The translations under genes and the position numbers were made by a program. A stretch of DNA of 63,956 bases, the filler included, from Lenisia limosa (taxonomy: Eukaryota > Protista > Breviatea): the NCBI GenBank assembly GCA_001655205.1. It is 8 parts of 8 records of this genome, joined end to end, with 100 filler letters (N's around TTAATTAATTAA, not from the genome) between each part and the next. Parts side by side here need not be neighbours in the genome. Positions count along the whole stretch, not along the records: positions 9,560 to 31,935 come from LPNZ01011290.1; positions 32,036 to 38,098 come from LPNZ01000986.1; 6 more parts are not named here. The stretch is one strand, 5' to 3'. Shown piece after piece: positions 22,004 through 32,729 of this stretch; position 1 is the first letter of the stretch; the number at the start of each line of letters is the position of its first letter. Below the pieces are notes generated by a model. That model ran no database searches, had not been told where the DNA came from, and saw nothing but the letters and a program-made list of their open reading frames with translations.

Positions 22004-25000
22004 TTAAGTGAGTGTAGAGTTTCCAATTATCATGAGTATATTCCATATGTATAGTCTGTTATCACTTTTGATTTAATGTATTTTCGGCCAGAAACTTACC
22101 TCATCCCCTTCGACAAGGAAAAAGTCAAAAAAAAAGGCAAAAAATCCCCCTTGTGATTGTTTTTGGTTCCCGCAAAAAGTATCCCCATCACCCACCCTGC
22201 TGTTCTCGAGAAGTTGGATATTCGAATGTAGCAACACCAAGTTAATATATTGTAGTATGTCGTGAGAATCAACCATTCTATTTGAAGCAACTACGGGGGG
22301 CGGGGTGTTAGTGGTGGGGGAATTTCTTTGGGGCGTCCCGACGTGCTACTTTTCCAGCAATGGCCAGAACTTTATCTGAAGCAATTAGTAGGAAGAGGAA
22401 ATGTAATAGGACAGGTAAAAAGCGATCATTGTACGAAATAATTGTCTTCATCGCACATGGATCTAATACTAAAACTGTTATAGTATCACATTTCCCAATA
22501 GTATTCAATCTACTCGTGCAAGGGACCCGACTCGTGCATTACAAAAAAAGGTAAGGTCCTTCTTACTATAATACAAACATAGGAAGCCCGACCCAAGCAT
22601 ACTGATGCTAATGGGGGCAATCATTCCCTCCAAATGGTCATAGAGCGGCCGGGAGCAAAGCGCGATGATGGTGCCTTCAGCAGTGTAGTTGTCCTAGAAA
22701 ATGAACCCTCTGATTACCATTCATTTCAAAACGAAAGCAAAAAAATGTGGCTCAGGAAACATTGTTGGGTTCTTAGCTAAATGACTATAAATAGTGGTGC
22801 AAAGGAACCATCCATCGAAATCAGATACTCCTTATCATCTCCATACATAGTCCTTATCATCTCCATACATAGTCCTTATCATCTCCATACATAGCCGTTA
22901 TCATCCCATATCCCCTTACGTCAACACGGAAGCGAATTTGGTAAGATTTCTGAAGAGTAAGAAAAAGGATTGTAATTCTCATCAAGACTCTCCTCTATAA
23001 ATTCTCCCCGTATTCTCGACCGATATGGAAGTTGGACAGATTTTCTCCCAACCGTCTTGCTTTTCTTGAGGGAAGTGCAGTCTAAAAAGTGAGAAGTCAT
23101 CTTACGCTACCATGATGCAAATAGCATAGTATGTAAAAATGAGAAAGCTTAATAATCGGAACATTTCATGATATTTTTAAGCAGGCCGATACCATCACAC
23201 TGAGATATCGACAAGTGTGGAATATTAATTCACCATATTACAGAGCTTTCTGCTGGGGGTACAATAAACAATAAGCATCTCAACAATAACATAAAACAAT
23301 AAAATTATTCATTGAGTCCAACTTACAGTAGATAGAAGGCAACGAGAGAGTTGGGTCCTTATCCTAAGAGAGTTATAAAATTTACAAAAAAATGGCTTTG
23401 GGATAATATGAGAAGAGTTCTTAAACTATCCCATATCTGATCTTTCGGGTCTCCAAATATGTTGAAGAATCCGGTACCAACTCGGATTTCCCTTGGGTTC
23501 TAATTGTACAAAATCCAGTAGAAATATCAACATATTGCCGGTCTTGTCAGACCATAGGAAAGCCAAGCCATGTATTCCGTCCCTGATGGATGCAGGGTAT
23601 TTACAGGTCATATTGAGACAGTTTGCTTAACACGTACTTGAAAACTTTTAGATAACCATACCCTTGCTTCGTAAAACGGTTTCATAATCTCGTTGTAGGG
23701 AACGAAGCCTTCAATGGAGACACACTAAAAATGGTGAACCCAGACAATAGCAATTACACATCAAATGGCCAGCAAGCCCCAGCCAACCTGTTGATATGTT
23801 TGATTCTCTCTTCCTAATGCGAAGTAGTGACTCAACAGTCCAGTTTTCTTCTCACCCTGAGATTGGGATAAACCAAACGAAGAGCAATATTGGGTTAGGA
23901 ACCTGAGAAATAATGATGGCGGAAACGCAGAAAAGAAGATAAAGTTATTCTCATATAATGTATTATTATACTATATATATCATATATATATACATGTATA
24001 TAAATTGCTTTTTCCGTAGCCCCCCAACTTGTAATTAACAATACAAAGCAAGAAGATTGAAGTAAATATGGATATTATTTAGGTAAGACCACACTCTTCA
24101 GGAGCTAAAATTACTGATAAAGAACTCCATTCCAGTAAGAGGATTCAGCTTACTGGGAATTCAACTAAACGAGTGAGTTAACATGGAAATTGCCTTCATA
24201 TTCGAAATGAATGTGGATTATAAAAAATCATATCATGTTGAAGCCCTCACAAATACAACGTTCTATTGAGAATTCGAATGTTATCAGTAGGACTCTGTTC
24301 TAAATTTCATGCGCCAATTAACTGGTTACAATTTCATCTTTTGGGTACAATTGGAGTTACTCATACGGAATAAGAATAAATATTATTGTTGTGAATGAAA
24401 ATGTCATAATATTTAACGAACAAGATGAGAACTGCGATTATAGACCCCCCCACGGTTGTTTGCGGTCCACTCGGCATCAACACCAGTACATAGCCTCTTC
24501 ACGGCCTGCACCATTGTAGTACACTGTGCTGGTTAGGAGTGCAAGGGGTGCGGGATTTACTGAGGGTTTCCTTGCGAGTTTTCCTGAAGGTTTTGGTTTT
24601 TTGAGGGGTTTTCAGGATCCTTGAGATCGTTATATTATGTGACCATATTGATAACAACCCGTACCGAACATAAATCAATCCATAGCAATGTAATAATCAC
24701 CATACCTAGGGCTTCACTCCCGTCTGAAAATGATTCGTAATATATCGTGATAACAAAAGCTGATTCCGGATTTCCCTCCACCCTTACTACTCTCCATAGC
24801 GTGGGTGCAACTTTCTCTGTGAAATATTATGTAGTGTGTAGGTATAAACCGTATTGCAATGAGAAATAAAAAACAAGGTTGTATCGGCCGAAGTCATCCA
24901 CGCCATCACGCTTATAAGAGATATTGGATAACAGTATAATATTAATTCACCCAATCATTTGCTTTACAGCCTCCCCAGCACACATGCGTAGGTATAGTAA

Positions 25001-28000
25001 ACAGATGACAAATCATAAGATATGTAGAAATGTGCAATAATAAAGGAAGCATCTGTAAATCATACTACAATAGTAAATATAATATATCATATATTTCCAT
25101 TATTATATTACGCACAGCAAAAGATGACAAAGCTAGAAATCATTCAATACTAGACAGCTTACGTCTTGGATGGCATCAACAAATGGAGAGCTCTGAGGTG
25201 ATCTCGTGTCAAGCAGGGCATGTCTCAGCATTGTGGTTCTAGAGCAAGCGTTAAAGTGGGATTGTGTCTGAAGTGATGTGGCGATATAAAGTCTCTTACA
25301 TAATATAAGACATATAGTATGTAGTAATAGAGCTTCACTTCGGTTCGAAAAAAGACTGCATTTCTCGATAAATCTTCAAAAACTATCGATAATTTACCGG
25401 TCTTTTTCGGACCGAAGTGTATATCTGATATTTAATAATTTATATCACAGAATATCTACTTTGGTTATGATTTTACTATTTCATATTGTCCCCCTCTATA
25501 AACATTTACAAGCAACCCACAAACACAGAAGAAGTTAGAGGCAAGTTTTTTCTCATCCTACGAAATTAGAATAGACTTCAGCAAATATTGTTACTTTCTC
25601 CTTTAACCAGAAGATGGTTTGGTTTTGCAAAGATCTCTCCCAACCCCTCCCTCGAATCAGAGAAAAGAGGCAAGCACTATTATTTCTTTTCTTTTTGAAA
25701 AAAAAAAGGAGCGGAGAGGAGAGAGGCAAACTCAGCAAGGGAGGAGAGAGCCGAACTTACCAGTTACCAAAGTCATGGTCCTTGAGCATAGCTCCGGCAA
25801 TGATGAACGAATGACCGACAAGGAGAGAACTCGTCGCAAAGACACCGCAGACCTGTGGCGGTGAGGTACATTAATAACGCTAATCATCGGGGTTTGCGGA
25901 ATATCATAAAAAATAAACGATAACATTTGTCATACTATATATATCTCACACCCCAATAGCATTCCATTGATATCCAGCTTACATATAATACATATATATA
26001 CATATGTAATCCATCATCTAACGCTCACTGTGTCCTTCAGCGATCCATTGCGGAGGTGTAAGCCGAAACTGAAGGTTTCGAGATAAATTGCAGGCGGTTT
26101 TGTCAGTAACTCTAAACCGGTGAGCTTAAGACTGTGTTGGGGGGAGGCGCCCAAAGTAATTGTATCTAGTACATGTATAATATATGTATAGATGCTTGAT
26201 TCAGTTTTTATTGAACATTATCGCACTACTAAATACCTCCGCACGTTTGAGGTCAACGTTGTACATCAGTACATCCAAAGTCGGAACAATTTTCTTCCGA
26301 TACTCAAACCAGAACGCTTCACGAAGGTCTAAAGGGGGAAGTTGAAATTGGTGCTGGATTCGAGTATATACTTGTTATTTGATAATTCAGTAAATCAATC
26401 CAAAAATATGTAGTAACTCCGATTTGTAACTCAGCTAATACCTGGTGATATAACCACTTTGACAACAAAAGGAAATAAAGGTTATTTGTTGTACAATGGT
26501 GACATACATGATTTTGAAGACTTCAATTCGACCATATGCTTGAACATCTGAAAGGTGAAGGCTTGAAGTGGATAGAAAAACAAAAACGTGGTGTATTTGC
26601 AAAAAAGGGCTCAAAGGCTCAAAAAAAAAAACTATCTTCTCATATGTTAAGATGCGAAATGAATAGGTTGCATGTGGCCGAAGCCGTCCACACACACCAT
26701 CACGCTTATAAGAGATACTGGATTCTAAGTATAGAAAGATGTTCACATTCAACCAGGTTCTCCAGACCTGTAAGAGAGTGACGTAGGCTCTTGTTAATTC
26801 ACCTTCAGTTGGCTGGAATGTCAGAAAACTGGCATGGAACTAATGATAATGGTAAGTCTTGACCAATAGCATCAGATTTGCCTTCAAGAAAATCATCTGT
26901 CATTATCCTTGCACTTCAAATGAAATTCATTGTGAAGTGAATTATTTCCCAAAAATATACCCTCAAAAAATAAACTACCGCCGGCCGTATTTCTCATCAA
27001 ACAATTCTGTCAATTTCTATTGGTACTACAAGTACTTCCCTCGGGGACCGGGCTGAACCGAACCGGACAGATGTAGGACCGTTCTGGACCGGTCTGGACC
27101 GGAACCGATGTCCAGGGAAGCATATGTAGTACTGTATTCAGGATACTCCGGAAAGTGATCAGCATTTCCCTCTTAACAAAGCTCGAAAACAAACCTCATG
27201 TTTTTCGTGGATTCCCCATGGGTCGCTACCTGGAGTGTTAATATGAAAAACGTGTCAAAATGGCAATCCACCTGAGGCGAAAAAGATGAGCATTGCGAAA
27301 TGCAGTGAGTTGGAGAAATGTATTAAAAACCGACCTTCCCTTTGCTTGGTCTTCTCAAGTACACTCTGTGACTTCTTCTTCTCTAGCTCTTCAGCCTTCT
27401 TTTCATTTTCAGCTTCGTCCATCACATTGTTCTCTTCTTCCACAACCTTCTTCTCTTCTTCTTCAGGATGCTCGTCTTTCTCTTCCTTCTCTTCAACCTT
27501 CTTCTTTTCAGGTTCTTCCTTTTCATCGTTCTTCTCTTCTGGTTTCTTCTCTTCCTTCTTTTCCTTCGTCTCTTCCGCCAGTCTCTTCTTGTATATCTTT
27601 TTGGGCTTTTCCTCCTCATCATCACTGTGACAGGTGCGCCGTCTCGGTAAGTCATCATCTGAACTCTCCGGAGCAGATGCCTCCTCTGAATGCTCATCTT
27701 CCGATATTTCTTTGTTTTCTGCTTTGCTTTCTTCTTTCTTCTCTTCCTCTACCTTTACCTCTTCTTCCTTCACCTCCTTTTCATTCTTTTCAAGTTCCTT
27801 TGTTTCAGGTTCCACAGAGAAGTAACAAGTGACGGCCTGACCCTAAAGCTGTCATATCCCCAATTAGATGAGAATAATAATCGGTCAGTTTCTACTCCAG
27901 TTTGATAAAAAAAAAGAAATAACAGTCTCTCGAAAACCTAAACGTATAAGGCTTCCCTACGATCCAGAAAAGACTGGTAGTATATCGATATCGAAACTCG

Positions 28001-30132
28001 GTCTTATTGAGAAGCCCTACCTATCTCCCACAAACCTTGGCCTTGATTGGTTCGTGGATAGTGCATGTAGGTGTGGTGTGAACGTTGTTGGAATCTTGCT
28101 GTTTGGATCGGAACCTCTCGTTCATTGCAGTGTAGTTCAAGGACTCTGAGCGGTAAAAATGCAACTGGTAATGAAGATTAACCCTTGTGGCAACCTGAAA
28201 TCAATCCCCCCCACACACAAAAAACCCCCCAAAAAAACCTCATTACCACTCCCATACTCTTTGCGTGGCTGATATCGTGTGAAATAGCGGCCGGCGCGGG
28301 TTCTGTGGGAACCACCTCCGCAACGCCTGGGGGGTCAGAATATGATATATTCTCTTTTATTCTAAGATTTTTATATCTACTGTACTTTCTTGTACCCAAT
28401 AATTGGAATATACTTCTACCTAGGGCTTCCCTACGGTCCGAAAGAATTCAAAAATTCAGTCTTTTGGGACCATAGGGAAGCCTTACTTCTACCCCCCCCC
28501 CCCTNNNNNNNNNNNNNNNNNNNNNNNNNNNNNNNNNNNNNNNNNNNNNNNNNNNNNNNNNNNNNNNNNNNNNNNNNNNNNNTACGCCACTATTCTTCAC
28601 CGAATTGTCCTTCGTTTTACCCCCTCCCCATACCAGGACGGAAAAGTGCGTCAGAAGTCTCCAGTGTGGTCTGAGGGACTCTCTGAAGGATCTTCGTGGG
28701 TACAATGTTCTGAGGTTCAAGATAAGTCGTTGGGAGACACGCGTCCTCCCGGGGGGCAGGGGGCTGATGGTGAACATATGGCATATATTAAAAGGGCAAG
28801 GGGCTGATGGCGTGATTGAAGTGTATTGGGCTGATGGCGTGATTGAAGTGTATTGGGCTGATGGCGTGATTGAAGTGTTTGGGCTGAGGGTATCATATAG
28901 TATACTATACTAAAATAAGGGCAAGGGGCTTGAATGCAGTGACCGGTATAAGTCTCGACCGATTTGCTATGTGATTTCCCAGGGAAAGTCGGTTATATCC
29001 CGGTCACTGTATAATTGTACATACATTATCAACACTCACCACAACAGTAGCGTAGGATGGTACCTGCATTGGTCGAGCAAGGACTGCAAAAGGTTAGATG
29101 ACAATTTGGGCTTCACTTCGGTTCGAAAAAAGACTGAATTTTCTCGATAAATTCACGAAATTATCGATATTTTATCGGAATTTTTCGAACCGAAGTGAAG
29201 CCCTAATGACAATGCAGAGAGTCCAAACCTCACTTCGGTCCGAAAAAGACCGCTAAATCGGCGAAAGTTTTCTAGGGCTTCACTTCGGTCAGAAAAAGTC
29301 AGGGTAAAATATTGATGATTTTCGGTTTATCGAGAAATTCTGTCTTTTTTTAAAACCGAAGTTAAGCCCTAGTCCGAACAAAGAAGAGATACTGAAATGT
29401 GTGAACAAGGTCATTAATCATATGATACTAAATACTGCATTTTATGTGTCTTATGTAATTGTGCCTATCATGTTTAGCATCATTAAATTCGCACCAATAA
29501 ACACATAAAACGCCCATAAACAGTGAAACATAACATGCCCAACAACTTGGGCTTCACTTTGGTTCGAAAAAGACCAGAAAAGTATCGAGAGCTTTCGGGG
29601 ATTTATCGAAAAATTCAGGCTTTTTTCAAACCGAAGTGAAGCCATATTAACAACACAACCTACATGAGTTGATAGCTACGGCGGCAGCACCTTTGGAGTG
29701 GTAATGGTCGTAGAGTACCTCAGCTGCGCATGCAGAGAAGCCCTGGAGAGTGAGAGAGAACGCGAATTTACCCCCCAAGATAAATCCCATTAGATATCAG
29801 TGTGCCAAACATTTTAGTTTTAGTTTTATAAAGCGGGCGAGGGGGAGAATGAAAAACCGCAAAATACAAAGAAACTGATTAAAGATAGAAAATACGAACA
29901 CAGTCGGTATAATATCTCATCTCCCCTGAAAAAGAAATGCCACACAAAACATCCTTCAGAAAGAAATACCACAAACCTCCTTCAGATAGCTGATGATCGA
30001 ACATTTTTGAAGGAAGGGAGCAGCAATGGGAGTACTCCTTCGGATTTCAGGAATGTCATTTTCTGTAAATCCTTCCTTTTTAAGGAAAGTCAGGACAGTG
30101 TCCACCATGTTGCGGAGAACAAGATGTTTGGG
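22004..30132 (-). CDS. Divergent P-type ATPase, P4 (phospholipid flippase)-like, with altered catalytic motifs and a large acidic insertion
   Basis: Segments in P4 order: FTENDI...SLPSKMFDHQL; YFLSLISFF (TM1); AAEVLYDHYH (TM2); DACLPTTYLEPQN (DGET position); E/K-rich exon 27255-27815; LRNGSLKDT/VCGVFAT; FIPIS...VSIE (TM4); WSDKTGNITQ (23530-23555); EWLILTTYYNILT. Some joins need 22-25 nt introns, so the model is tentative. Confidence 0.55.
22829..22905. repeat. Minisatellite, 22 bp x~3.5
   Basis: TCCTTATCATCTCCATACATAG repeated. Confidence 0.9.
24855..24980 (-). repeat. Dispersed intronic repeat family C (~130-150 bp, no TIR), reference copy
   Basis: Core CTCTTATAAGCGTGATGGTGTGGACGGCTTCGGCCGATACAACCTTGTTTTTT. 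Other copies: 4008-4040(-), 10028-10215(+), 13130-13172(+), 26665-26730(-), 32548-32570(-), 38578-38650(+), 42455-42515(-), 59910-59955(-), 61788-61840(-). Confidence 0.85.
25330..25419. mobile_element. MITE family A copy
   Basis: GAGCTTCACTTCGGTTCGAAAAAAGAC ... GGACCGAAGTG. Confidence 0.8.
28423..28483. mobile_element. MITE subfamily A2, short copy
   Basis: TA-GGGCTTCCCTACGGTCC ... GGACCATAGGGAAGCCT-TA. Related ends at ~9105-9174, 27950-28018, 38791-38885, 47944 and 63836-63910. Confidence 0.75.
28800..28888. repeat. Minisatellite, 27 bp x3
   Basis: GGGCTGATGGCGTGATTGAAGTGTATT repeated. Confidence 0.9.
28937..29009. mobile_element. MITE family D, empty copy
   Basis: CAGTGACCGG ... CCCGGTCACTG-TA. 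Confidence 0.8.
29108..29203. mobile_element. MITE family A copy
   Basis: Near-perfect TIRs GGGCTTCACTTCGGTTCGAAAAA / TTTTTCGAACCGAAGTGAAGCCC followed by TA. Confidence 0.9.
29228..29369. mobile_element. MITE family A: truncated copy followed by a full copy (29275-29369)
   Basis: CTCACTTCGGTCCGAAAAAGAC, then TA-GGGCTTCACTTCGG...CCGAAGTTAAGCCC-TA. Confidence 0.8.
29549..29644. mobile_element. MITE family A copy
   Basis: GGGCTTCACTTTGGTTCG ... AACCGAAGTGAAGCC. Confidence 0.85.
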
Positions 30133-30964
30133 TGAAATGTGCTGCCTTTTCCTTCAGCTGCGTGAGTTACGTTGATTCAGACTTAACTTGCTTAATAATG
30201 ACAAATGTACACCGAAAGGTCGGGAAATTCCGGCAAACAACAATAAGAGAAACGCCGGCTTCCGTAACTGTACTTTATAGTTTTTGGTGAAATTCAAGAT
30301 ATTCTGAAAATCCTCTCTGCTGCCTCTCACACCCATCAGATTGTTGCTTTAAAGTAGATTTCACGGGAAGAATTGCGTAAACGAACATAAACATGTAAAA
30401 CTCCCTCAGCGCCCACAACTCCCGTCCTTCTCCGCACTTCGCTTCACATTGGTGAGTCTAGCAACCTGTGCAAAATATCAGTCAAAGTGGACCCCAGTTA
30501 TCTCTAATGGCTTTCATTGGGTTGTGTTTTTATTGCCTCTTTTATTGTTTCTTCCAAAATTATCTTATGTTATGGAGTTTCTTCTCTTCTGTTCTGGACA
30601 AAATTGATAAGCTGTATCTGTCAAGAGATGTTGTTCATCCCAATATGATTATTGCGCCTCCTATGGAAAGTGTTCTTGAAGTAAACATGTGTTATTATGC
30701 TGTTATATGGCAGATAGAAGTCAATATCCAATATAATCTTAAGTGAACAGCTTCGTCCAAATACCCTTTTTGTATTTGATTTTGAAAAGCATTAGGAAGT
30801 TGGGCGAGTGATATGCTTCAATGACACTAATTGCAACCCCATCTCATTTTCTGGTTGAACACGATCATCATCATTATCTCAGCTGTTTTGGTAGAACAAG
30901 ATCTTCTTCATTATTGCAGGTTAAGACTGTAGGCATTCGCTTGACTCTTTGGACTGTCTGAGTA

Positions 30965-31697
30965 GGACATCAGTGGCAAACTTCATCCAAAATGGTACTT
31001 GCTGAGTACCGACCGCGGGCCAGTACGGCGCGGCCAAGCCTTGAAAACACCAACTCGTAGGCGGCTGGCTCTGTTGAAGGCCTTTTTGGGCACTGTTTCA
31101 GTTTATTGAGAAATGGATGGCTGCGGTCAGATACTCCTTGTTTTACAACTCATTTCCACCTATGACTACAACTTTATTGAAAAATAATGACAGCATGCGA
31201 AGTAGGGCTTCACTTCGGTTCAAAAAAAAGACTAAATTTCTCGAGAAATCCTCGAAAGCTATCTTTACCGGAAATTTTTTGAACTGAAGTGATGTTCTCT
31301 TTTATTCTCTAACGTGGGGCTGCGCAGTTTAACCCTCAAGATGGGCCTCCATTTCGACCGCATCGAGGACTCCACGCTCCGCAAGGCGGCCGCGTGAGTT
31401 CAGAGAACTGCCCCCTGGTGGGACTTTATAAATTGGGGGGAAATATAGAGAATGTGGATGGGGGGCGGGGGAGGTAAGAAAACAAATAATGGGGAGGGAT
31501 CCCACTGTACCTTCGAATTCTTGAATCTAAAATAATTATGAACAAGGAACATGATTTCCTTGTCATCGCAAAGCTCTTATTGCGTAAAATAAGAATAGTA
31601 TGATGTTAAAGCCGGGACAAAATTGTCCTGATTGCCCTAGTTTCCACAAAGACACCGCGTGCCAAATCTGCACGAATCTCAAGGGCATCAGAGCAGG
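30965..31697 (+). CDS. Fragment of an unknown gene, cut by linker 31936-32035
   Basis: Exons MGLHFDRIEDSTLRKAA (~31339-31393) and FHKDTACQICTNLKGIRA (~31640-31696) join in frame via GT-AG; the upstream frame is unclear. Confidence 0.3.
31205..31294. mobile_element. MITE family A copy
   Basis: TA-GGGCTTCACTTCGGTTC ... GAACTGAAGTGA. Confidence 0.8.
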
Positions 31698-31745
31698 TTT
31701 GGGTTCTGCTGTTACAGTGTTTGTTTCATTGATGAGTTTTAACTA

Positions 31746-31841
31746 GGGCTTCACTTCGGTTCGAAAAAGACCGATAAAATATCGATAGTATTCGAGGATT
31801 TATCGAGAAATTCAGTCTTTTTTTGAACCAAAGTGAAGCCC
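31746..31841. mobile_element. MITE family A, best-preserved copy (~96 bp)
   Basis: TIRs GGGCTTCACTTCGGTTCGAAAAAGAC ... TCAGTCTTTTTTGAACCAAAGTGAAGCCC; left flank TA, right flank CA. Confidence 0.9.
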
Positions 31842-31935
31842 CAGTTTTAACTCTGTTCATTCTCTAGAGAACGTTTATGTCATATTATGTTTATGTTTCC
31901 TCAAATTCATTATTTTGTCAATCCCTAATTGCCTT

Positions 31936-32035
31936 NNNNNNNNNNNNNNNNNNNNNNNNNNNNNNNNNNNNNNNNNNNNTTAATTAATTAANNNNNNNNN
32001 NNNNNNNNNNNNNNNNNNNNNNNNNNNNNNNNNNN
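31936..32035. other. Artificial contig linker
   Basis: Same 100-nt structure. Confidence 0.95.
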
Positions 32036-32729
32036 CCACAGCATTCTTAAGCAGGTGCAATTTTATTATTTTGACAGTAGCCGTTTTTAGGCAATACTAG
32101 TACTTCTCTCAAATCGGCACTTCGTCAAGTTGCCACTTCTAGTTGTTTCTTCAGTATAAAACTATGGGTAGTTCAGATTTCTCTTTTCGAATTCTCCTCA
32201 TTTTTTGTGAAATAGCGGATAGATAACTTATTGCAAATATGATAGGGGTTGACCGTGTTAGGACAGTATTTATATTCAGCAGCCACCCTGCCTGCATAAT
32301 GAATGTTCAGGGATAAAAATTGAGAACAGTAAAATGATGAAAAATCAAACCTCACAAAAACAACGGGGTATTCAATGTCAAAAACAACTGCTGTTACAAA
32401 ACCAGGTTTTCAAGAATGCCAAACGAAAACTCTCCCTACCAGCTTCCGCCTCCTCAAGGCGATTGTGGTGCATGGCAGCCTTTGTATCCAATACTGATGC
32501 CCTGTTATGTGTTAATAGAAAAACACAGGAAAGAATAATAAAGACAGTCTGGCTGAAGCCGTCCACACTTGCAGAGGCTGAATAAACGTCGATTCATATT
32601 AAACATTTTCATGGCCATTGTACACAGTGAACATGATATAGTATGTATATTTATCAGACAATAAAAAAATTGCATTATAATGTACTATTTCATATTGTAT
32701 ACACTCTGATATTGTTCATTGCAGCCACA

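Noticed and set aside
27286-27905. Overlapping S/F/L-rich ORFs on + (also 8076-8449, 51080-51364, 68-319)
   Set aside because: These are antisense shadows of purine-rich E/K/R-coding exons.
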